Assembly (NCBI GenBank): GCA_964036045.1
Contig: OZ038379.1
Location: forward strand, 9,238,001-9,302,000
Origin: Eutreptiella sp. 'Long Island Sound 2002'
Taxonomy: Eukaryota > Protista > Euglenida
Direction: 5' to 3'
DNA: 64,000 nt
The translations under genes were made by a program, and so were the position numbers. Below, in pieces: positions 56,180-64,000 of this stretch; positions within the stretch are counted from its first letter, which is position 1, and the number at the start of each line of letters is the position of its first letter. A model generated the notes under the pieces. It saw only the letters and a program-made list of their open reading frames with translations. It had not been told where the DNA came from and searched no databases.

Positions 56180-59100
56180 GTCAACGCAGCGGGGCAGCTC
56201 GTGTCCCTCGCCGGGTCCATCGCCGGGCTGGCCCCCATCATCACGGTCCTGCACCCCCGGTACCGCCCCCGCGCGCGCCGCGTCTTCCACGTGCCCACGA
56301 GCGCGGGCGGCGCCCGAGTGGACGTGCTGCCGTCCGGGGAGGTGCAGCTCCGCACCGCCTTCACCGACTGCCTCGCGTGGCTTCTCCTGAACCGGATCCA
56401 GTTCTTTGCCGAAGGTGGCGCTTTGGATGGCACTCCGTCGGCGGGAGGGGGCGAGCTGGTCCTACAGGCCCCGTGGGCCTCGTATGGGCACGGGCACCAG
56501 CCCGCGTCCTGGTGGGCCCACGGCTGGCGGGTCACGCTCGGCGGGGTCGTCGCCAACGCCTCCCGCGACGTCCCCATCGCTCGTTTGCCGTCGCGCGCGC
56601 GCCCCGGCACGCCCCAAGTGTACTGGGTCCGCTCTGACACCGGGTCCGTCCAAGTCACGGTCGACGCGCGGGGGAAGGTCCAGTGGACTGCCGGGCGCAC
56701 CGACCAGTGGCTGAGCCTTGACGGCGTTGCGTTTGACGTGCGGCGGGGGACGCCGCTGCCGCTGGCGCCCGGGGCCGCGCCGGACCCCGCGAACCCCCCG
56801 CAGATCCTGTGCTCCGAGTCCCCCGCGGAGCCGATCGCGCTGGTCGGGCTCGTGCGGGTCCCGGTGCACGCGACGCACGTGGCGACTGTTGCGCCGCACG
56901 CGCCCCGGCGCCCGCTGCGGGTGTTCAGCGCGGGGAACGCGAGCCTGGAGGTGACCATCGACACGGACGGGCGCGTCACGGTGCCGCAGGGGTCCGGGGG
57001 GCACTGGCTCAGCCTCGACGGCATCGGCTACTACGCCGCCTGCTTCCGGCGCTCCGACGCCTGCGTTGGGGACGCTCACACCGTCTGGCGACGGGAGAAC
57101 AGCACGCGCGACGAGTGCCGGAGCGCATGCGAGCGGTTCCGATGCCGAAGCTTCGTCTGGGCGCCCGGGGGCTCGTGTGCGCTGAAGGCCCGGGACCCCA
57201 TGACGGCCCCGCCCGGCGCACTATCGGAATGCTCCGGCGCGCAGGGCTACACCGACACGTGCCCTCTGTCCCACGACGCGTGGCAGTGGCTGAGCCCCGC
57301 GCCTGCGATTCCCTTCCACAACGCGACCCCGCGGCTGACGCTGGCGACGTCGCTGCCGTCCTTTGCGGAGGTCGAGGTCTCGGGCCCCGTGGAGCACTGC
57401 TTCTGGCACTGGGACGCCGTCCAGCGGTACGACGCGGCGCTGCTGCCGCGCATGGCCGCCGTTGCGGACGCGCTGTCCTACGGCTTCCTGGCCATCGGGG
57501 CGGTCTTCTGCTGCGGGGCGGCGTGCCAGGCCTGGCAGACGGGGGCGGCCGCGCGGTGCACGCGCGTTCTCCGGAGCGTGTGCCGCCCGGCACCCCCCGC
57601 CCCGCGCCAGGGCGCCCGCCCCGACCCCGCGCCCACCGGCGTCGGCCCCACGACGCTCTGCCTCTGGCTGCACCGCGCCGCCGGGCTCCTGGGGGTCCTC
57701 GTGTGGCTCCTGCAGCTGGCGCTGTGCGGCCTGCTCGCCGTCTTCCACCACAGCGTGACCCCCCCGGCCCCCCCCATCGACATGTACTGGTTCATCCCCC
57801 TCCTCCCGTGGGCGACGCTGCTCTGCGGGATCAGTCTCGTCCTGGACCACCTCGGCCTCCCCCTCAGACTGCCCGCGTACGGCTTCTGGCGCGTGGTCGT
57901 GGCCCTCGGGGGCACCCTCGGGTTCCTCGGGGGCCTGCAGGCCGCCGTGCAGTCGTACATCTTCGCGGAGGTCCTCACGGGGCAGATGACGCGGGGCAAC
58001 CGGCAGGGGTCGCTGCTGGGGGCCTTCTGGAGCGCCTTCTTCCTGGGCATCACCGCGTTCACCGCCTTCAAGACGTGGTGCGCCCTGCTGCTCACCGCCG
58101 CCGTCACGCTCGCGTGGTTCCTGCCGCTGTACGAGTCGCGCGCGCAATTCAACTACGGCGGGGCCGCCGGCATCTTCATGCCGTGCGCCATGTGGCAGGG
58201 GATGCTGCTCGGCGTCGGCGGCTCCGCGGTCCTCTCCTTCCTCGCGCGCATCCGCCGGCTGCCCCCCGACGGCCCGGCGGTGGCCGGCATGCAGCTCCGG
58301 TGGGGCTGGAGCCCCCGGCCCGGCCACGCCCCCCATGGCCTCGCGGGGCCGCTCCGGGCGGGACGCGCGCTCCGGCGGCTCAACGCGGTGCTACGGCGGC
58401 ACCGAGTCGCGGTCGCGTGGCTCAAGAAGTGCGGCGGCACGGCGCTGACCGCCGCCGCCCTCGCGTGCACGGGCTTCCTCGCGTACCAGTGGGAGGCGGC
58501 GCTCGTGCCGCGCATCGTCGTGGCCTGGCACCAGCTCCTGCTGGAGTGCCACGCCGGGGGCGTGGTCGTGGTCACCGGCCTGTACATGGCGCTGATGCTG
58601 GTGCTGGCGTGGGCCGTGGCCCTGGTCGGCTGGTACCGGCAGCAGCTGCACCGGGGGCTGGTGTTCCTGCCGTTCGGCGCCGCCTGCCGGATCCTGCTGC
58701 TGGCTGCGCCCATGGCCGGCGGACTGGCAGGCGTTGCCTGGCGGGTCGTGGCCCACGGCGTCGGGCTGTACCGGCACGGGCAGCTCTCGTTCTGCGGTCT
58801 CCGGCAGAACAACCTGGTCCCCGCCGAGAACCGGGCGCTGTACCTCCTGTACTTTGCCGTGGCGGTGGCCCTGGGGTGCGCCATGGGGCTCCTGCTGTGG
58901 CTGCACGCGCGACGCGTCACGCTGCTGCACCTCGCCGCGGGCGCGGGCTGGTGCCCGGCGCCGCTGGTGCGCCTGCTGGTGGTCATTGGGAGCGAGGGCG
59001 TGCACGCGCGCACCGATGGCGGTAGGACCGCGCTGCACCTGGCGGCCCGGAGCGGCCGTCCCGCGGTGGTGCGGGCGCTGCTCGCGTCCGGCGCGAGCCC

Positions 59101-61378
59101 GACGTTCCGGGACCTGCGGAACGACACGCCCATCCACGCCGCGGCCGCGCGGGGGGACGCAGTCCCGACGCTGTGGCCGCTGGTGGAGGCCGCGGCACAG
59201 GCCATGGACGCGGAGGCCCTGGAGCTGACGCTGTGCGCCCTCAACTGCGCGGGCCAGAGCGCGCTGCACGTGGCGCTGCTGCGTCAGGGCGCCCCCCGCT
59301 GTCGAGTGGCCGTGGAGGCGTTGCTCAGCGGCCTGGGGATGCCGGGGGCTGCCGAGGCGCAGGTCCGGACTCCGAACGGCAACGGCGCCACGGCGCTGCA
59401 CGTGGCGCTGGAGCGAAGGCTGAACAAAGGGGCGGATCTGATGGAGGTCCTGTACCGGCACGTGGACCTCGGAGACGTCACCCTCCGAAACGCGGGAGGG
59501 GAGGCCCCGATCCATTTGGCGGCGGCCCACCCGAACGGCCTGCCGCTCGTGGAGGCCACCCTGGGGGCCACGGACACGCGCGCGGCCGCCTGGACCACCG
59601 TCGAGGGCAGGACCCCGCTGTTCTACGCGCTCGAGAACGGGGCCGCGATGATCCGGCGGCTGGGCGCCGCGGAGGTGATCAACCGGCAGGAGACGACCAA
59701 GGGCTGGACGGCGCTGCACATGGCGTGCATGCAGTACAACCTGGGCGCGGTGAGGACGTTGCTGGACCTGCAGGCGGACCCGAACCTTGCGGACCGCCGG
59801 GAGCTGACGCCGCTGTACCATCTGAACCTGAAGTACAGCCAGATCATGAAGGGGGGAGCGTACGTGGCGCGGAAGGCGGAGCTGCTGCAGGCGCAGCAGC
59901 TGCCGCCGCAGTTCCATCACATCCCCGAGGCGCGGCTGATGAAGTGCCTGCAGATGGGCACGGAGCACTTCGGGTCCTTCGCGTTTGCGGAGACGGACCT
60001 GGACTTGGGGCCCGTCATTCAGGCCATCGAGGAGGGCGCGGGTCTCGGGGGCGCGGCCCTGCCGCAGCCCCTGGGCGACACCGCGAGCGCGCGGCTGTTC
60101 CACGCGGCGGTCCTCTACCGGAACGGGGCGGCGGTGCGGCAGCTGTCGGAGGCGGGGGCCGACCCCCTGGACCCCCGGGCCACGACGTGGGACGGACACA
60201 GCGCGGCGCTGTGGTGCGAGGTCACCGGGAACGGGCTCCAGCGGCACTTCCACCCGCCGACCGAGGCGGACGAGGCGGCGCTCGGGCGGTACGAGGCGGC
60301 GCGGCGGGCGCACCCGGACGTCGAGCTCCTGGACCTCACCGCCGGGCCGGAGCGCGTCCCGCGGGACCCGCCGCCGGGGGCGCCGGTCCCGGAGGCGCAC
60401 GGGGCGGAGGACCTGTTCCCGCTGCACTACCGGGACTTGCCCGAGCTGATGGACTGGCTGCGGTGCGTCGGGCGGCACCCGACGATGTGGCCCCTGAAGA
60501 GCGACTACCCCCCGGAGGAGTACCCGCAGGGGCATCCGGAGGGGCGGGTGCTGAACGACCCCATGGGGAAGCTGCTGTGGGACGCCCGCGCGACGGTCTG
60601 CGCGCAGGCCCTCAAGGGCCCCCTCCGCAACCGCCCGCGCGCCATCTTCCTCTTCCGCCTCTACACCGCCGAGAGCGGGCTGTACCGGCAGAGCAACGAG
60701 GCCATGCGGACGGGCAAGGACCTCGCCTTCTGGCGGCCCTTCATCTACTACATCATGCAGGAGATGAACCTGCCGGAGCCGGGCCGGGCCCCCCACCCGC
60801 CCTTGGGGCCGCGGGTGGCGTTCCGGGGCCTGAAGGTCCCGCTGGACGCCGCGACGTACGCCACGTTCCGCCCGGGCGCCACGTTCTCGTGGGAGGCGCT
60901 CACGAGCACGTCCACCAACTTCGACGAGGCGCGGTCGTTCATGAGGGAGATGCTCTGCGCCATCCGGGTCCACACGTACGAGGACATCGGGCAGTACTCC
61001 AAGTTCCCGGATGAGGAGGAGCTGCTGCTGCCCCCCGGCTCCAAGTTCGCGGTGGTCAAGCTCATTGACGTCCCGACGCACCCCCAGGGCCTGGACGCGG
61101 CGCAGCCCCTGTCCCCGGCCGAGCTTCGCTCCCTGGACAAGGTCTGCGTCGTGCTGGAGCAGCTGAAGATGCCGCGGCTGGTGCCGGTGCCCATGAACCT
61201 CCCCCGCGAAAAGGTGCACGGGAAGGTGGAGGTCACCGTGACCCCGCGCGCGTTGATCTGCTCCAAAGACGCGCGCGGGCCGCGGCCCTCCAGAGATCTC
61301 CGTGCGATGATCTCCTCCCGAGGGGCAACGGGCACCCCCGGTGCAGGGGTGGGCCCTCCACCCCATCCCTTGCTTTGA
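56180..61378 (+). CDS. Exon 2 of the receptor-like protein: phage-tail-fibre-like repeats, PAN/Apple, about 11 TM helices, ankyrin repeats, C-terminal mono-ADP-ribosyltransferase (about 1910 aa spliced)
   Basis: 5.2-kb open frame with almost all third positions G/C. Repeats V.L.G.....I..L....RP...V...G.V...W.SLDG at about 56180-57035. PAN-type C..EC...C....C.SF......C.LK at 57035-57240. Hydrophobic helices at about 57460-58930. Ankyrins (GRTALHLAA, DTPIHAAA, GATALHVA, GWTALHMA) at about 59010-59830. ART motifs LYT...LY..N, FRG (R 60824), STS (60905-60913), FPDEEELLLPPG (ExE 61013-61021). Confidence 0.92.
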   Translation, partial: VNAAGQLVSLAGSIAGLAPIITVLHPRYRPRARRVFHVPTSAGGARVDVLPSGEVQLRTAFTDCLAWLLLNRIQFFAEGGALDGTPSAGGGELVLQAPWASYGHGHQPASWWAHGWRVTLGGVVANASRDVPIARLPSRARPGTPQVYWVRSDTGSVQVTVDARGKVQWTAGRTDQWLSLDGVAFDVRRGTPLPLAPGAAPDPANPPQILCSESPAEPIALVGLVRVPVHATHVATVAPHAPRRPLRVFSAGNASLEVTIDTDGRVTVPQGSGGHWLSLDGIGYYAACFRRSDACVGDAHTVWRRENSTRDECRSACERFRCRSFVWAPGGSCALKARDPMTAPPGALSECSGAQGYTDTCPLSHDAWQWLSPAPAIPFHNATPRLTLATSLPSFAEVEVSGPVEHCFWHWDAVQRYDAALLPRMAAVADALSYGFLAIGAVFCCGAACQAWQTGAAARCTRVLRSVCRPAPPAPRQGARPDPAPTGVGPTTLCLWLHRAAGLLGVLVWLLQLALCGLLAVFHHSVTPPAPPIDMYWFIPLLPWATLLCGISLVLDHLGLPLRLPAYGFWRVVVALGGTLGFLGGLQAAVQSYIFAEVLTGQMTRGNRQGSLLGAFWSAFFLGITAFTAFKTWCALLLTAAVTLAWFLPLYESRAQFNYGGAAGIFMPCAMWQGMLLGVGGSAVLSFLARIRRLPPDGPAVAGMQLRWGWSPRPGHAPHGLAGPLRAGRALRRLNAVLRRHRVAVAWLKKCGGTALTAAALACTGFLAYQWEAALVPRIVVAWHQLLLECHAGGVVVVTGLYMALMLVLAWAVALVGWYRQQLHRGLVFLPFGAACRILLLAAPMAGGLAGVAWRVVAHGVGLYRHGQLSFCGLRQNNLVPAENRALYLLYFAVAVALGCAMGLLLWLHARRVTLLHLAAGAGWCPAPLVRLLVVIGSEGVHARTDGGRTALHLAARSGRPAVVRALLASGASPTFRDLRNDTPIHAAAARGDAVPTLWPLVEAAAQAMDAEALELTLCALNCAGQSALHVALLRQGAPRCRVAVEALLSGLGMPGAAEAQVRTPNGNGATALHVALERRLNKGADLMEVLYRHVDLGDVTLRNAGGEAPIHLAAAHPNGLPLVEATLGATDTRAAAWTTVEGRTPLFYALENGAAMIRRLGAAEVINRQETTKGWTALHMACMQYNLGAVRTLLDLQADPNLADRRELTPLYHLNLKYSQIMKGGAYVARKAELLQAQQLPPQFHHIPEARLMKCLQMGTEHFGSFAFAETDLDLGPVIQAIEEGAGLGGAALPQPLGDTASARLFHAAVLYRNGAAVRQLSEAGADPLDPRATTWDGHSAALWCEVTGNGLQRHFHPPTEADEAALGRYEAARRAHPDVELLDLTAGPERVPRDPPPGAPVPEAHGAEDLFPLHYRDLPELMDWLRCVGRHPTMWPLKSDYPPEEYPQGHPEGRVLNDPMGKLLWDARATVCAQALKGPLRNRPRAIFLFRLYTAESGLYRQSNEAMRTGKDLAFWRPFIYYIMQEMNLPEPGRAPHPPLGPRVAFRGLKVPLDAATYATFRPGATFSWEALTSTSTNFDEARSFMREMLCAIRVHTYEDIGQYSKFPDEEELLLPPGSKFAVVKLIDVPTHPQGLDAAQPLSPAELRSLDKVCVVLEQLKMPRLVPVPMNLPREKVHGKVEVTVTPRALICSKDARGPRPSRDLRAMISSRGATGTPGAGVGPPPHPLL

Positions 61379-61523
61379 CCGGAAGCACAGCGCACTTGCG
61401 GGGCAAGGTCCGTGCTTTGAACGTGAACGGGGCGGTCGATGGACCTGGATATGATGAGGGGGGGGGGGGCGTCCTACTGCTTCCAGTAGCACCATCGCCG
61501 TTGGTGAGGCTTGGAGAAAAGGA

Positions 61524-61919
61524 TTGCGGGATGGCCAATTGCTGTTTTTTGAGGCTGACAGTGCTTGCACATTTTGCAGATCTGAAGCGAATGTTTCTGA
61601 TGATGGCCAGCCCCCCCAGAAGAAACAGAAGGCGACTGATGCTCACACACCTGCGACAGCCAGAATTACACGGTCTGTTGATACAATCTCTGATTTCCCA
61701 CCTCAAAAGACACAAAAATTGGAGAACCAGCTGAAACAGAAATTTCGGAAAGCGGAGGAACAGTTACGGAAAGAACGGGACAAAGTGAAAAAAAAAAAAA
61801 AAAAAGGAAAAGACGCAAGTCGAGCGCCTCAAGCGGCAGACCGAGGAAGCAAACAGACAAGCAGAGCAAAAAATGCGGAAAGAACGGGAGAAAATGAAGA
61901 AAGAAAGGACAGAGATTGA
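61524..61919 (+). other. K/E/R-rich short ORF, possibly part of a decayed element
   Basis: 131-aa charged ORF containing an A-homopolymer; no family motif recognised. Confidence 0.2.
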
Positions 61920-64000
61920 AAGCCTCAGGCGTGGGAGCCTGACGTGGGGTCGGATGAGGGCATGCCTCTCATGCATACCCCCGAGTGTCAACATGATTAC
62001 TTCTGCACATGATGACTAGGCCTGGCGGCTGATCTATGTCCGTTGGATACCTCACACTTGTAGAGGTTGGACCACAGGAGATGTCAATGCGCAGATCCCA
62101 CTATTTTTTCCCCCGCAGAATTTTGAGCGCTCCCACAACCCCTCCAAAGCCCGATAGCCGCCTGTTGGTAAACGGGCCAGGGTGGTGTGCCTCCTCCCTG
62201 CCCCTCTGTGTTGTTGCTCAAAAAGGGGTATTCTCCCCAAACTGCCCCCCCAAAATCAATCTGCATCTGTATCCGCTCCCTGCGCTTGCGCTTGATCTCG
62301 ATCTGTGACTCTTCCTGGGCAGCCCTGTCTATGGAGCACTGTTTTTTGCATCACAAACTCAGCTTTGTGCGGGGACATTTTTGGAACGCGGTGCAGAATT
62401 TCGAGCTTTCTGTGTCGTCTGGTTTCGCAGCCTCCCAAGTCATTGATGGGCCCCTCTGTTGCCTCAAAAACCGACCGAAGGTCCTTCACACCATACAATA
62501 TCAGCAGATGATGAGGATCATTTCTGCTCTCATGGGTGGGTGACCACCCGTGAATGGCACACCGACTGAAAATGGTGCAGAATATCTCTCTCATGCAATG
62601 AAACCACCAGTGGCTGGGTGGGTAGGACATTGTGGGTCCTGGATTCTCCCGGAAATGTTCCGCTGGGTAGGTCCTGCAATGCACCCTTCCACCTGTGGCT
62701 ACTAACCCTTGTTGCAGCTTGTTGCAGTAGCAGATGTTGTGTGGTGGAGGATTACGCCGATTCCTCCATGCAGTCTACATAATTGGGGACACACCACAGA
62801 GATGGAGGTCTTGCAGGTATTTTTCCCCACCATGGCACTGGCGTATAGCACAGAATCACGCTGTAATGAACATGCCAAAATGCACAAATCTTTCCGAATG
62901 CAATGACCCGTGGCTGCATTAACTACAACTATCCTGCACTGACTACACGAGCATCTGCCCACAGTCTCCCAACCCCTATATAAAGTATTCCATTTTGACG
63001 ATCCTCATGCAAGACTTTGCATGCTGTGTATACCCCTTGCGACAGTCTGGATGATCCAAGATTTTGCAGAGTGCTGCAAGTGATAATTATGGCTGTGCAA
63101 AGCAGTGTGAATGATAATCATCTGTGCACAGTGATGTGAATGAAGATGACACAAAGTGAGGCGAACCTGGAGACTCTAGGGCTAGCCAAGAAAGGGCAAC
63201 AAGGTCTCCTCCTATGCTCCGTTGGCCAAGCATCAGATGCGAAGTCCAATCATTTGGCACGGAGACAATTAAGCCTTTCCGTCACAGAGGCCTCAGAGAG
63301 AACAGCAAAAGGTTTTTGCATGGCCTCTCTCAAGTATTCTATATGATGACTCAAATGTCTTATCACTGCTGAGTACATACTTCAGCAACATGTTGTTGAG
63401 ATTGAAGAGATGGCTAAATCCACAGGGGGTGTGGATTTAGCCATATCCTACTAAATAAGCAGGCACTGGAAAGGGTGGTGTGGCCAGCCATCCCGGAGAG
63501 CCGCAGTTGGCGGTCCAGGGCTTGAAGATCCCACTGAATGCTGCAACGCACACCGTGCATTGAATGCAATCCTCCGGGGCAGCTCTCATAAACACTTCCA
63601 CCCCTTTGACCCACAAGTCTCTCAAATCCGTGCAGACACCGACGGACAGTTTTCCAAGTTGACCGCCTTCATGCAGGGCTTTGCTTGCCTTGCACACCCA
63701 ACCAGACAATTTGAACGATTTTTAAATGATTTGACAGAACTCTACAAGTCATAATTACGGAGATGGCTGGTGCAAACCAGTACAAATGATGATCGTTTGT
63801 GAATGAAGATTAATCTGCATGAAGTGGGTGGCGTGGCCGTCCTGTCCGGGGCGCCGCGGTTGGGGTTCCAGGGCAGGGAGATCCCGCTGAGTGCTGCAAT
63901 GTACACTGTCCACATTTGCATTTACACCATCCTGGGAGGCTCTCCTGACCACTTCCACAAATCTCGACCTGTGGTCTCCCAGACCTGTGCAGACACCGAC

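Noticed and set aside
58391-61570. 1059-aa minus-strand ORF and the other long overlapping ORFs (55807-57024, 56809-59025, 57221-58336, 59173-61014)
   Set aside because: Shadow frames of a very GC-rich coding exon (few stop codons); low-complexity R/G/P/A content and no motifs.

Overview
Repeat-rich eukaryotic genomic DNA with GT-AG introns, pyrimidine+AG acceptors just upstream of start codons and TTAGGG-like tracts. A euglenozoan/euglenid-type genome is my inference and cannot be proven from this window. Three real genes stand out, all on the + strand. (1,2) Two tandem six-exon paralogs (20994-33325 and 39578-48790) each encode about 718-719 aa with TWO fused DRE-TIM metallolyase (4-hydroxy-2-oxovalerate-aldolase-like) barrels of bacterial type. 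The second barrel has lost part of its metal site, and copy A carries a 1-nt frameshift. (3) A two-exon gene (54620-55153 + 56180-61378, about 1910 aa) has an unusual receptor-like architecture: signal peptide, three phage-tail-fibre-like beta repeats, a PAN/Apple domain, about 11 TM helices, ankyrin repeats and a C-terminal R-S-ExE mono-ADP-ribosyltransferase. This is the best candidate for an undescribed system. The rest is a transposon graveyard: a PIF/Harbinger-like family with 3-bp TSDs and a Cys-rich transposase tail, hAT-type MITEs with 8-bp TSDs, a 3.4-kb foldback element with a 5-bp TSD, several decayed LINEs, nested poly(A) retro-insertions, and a glycosyltransferase pseudogene inside an intron. 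All family assignments come from motif recognition by eye; no database searches were run.
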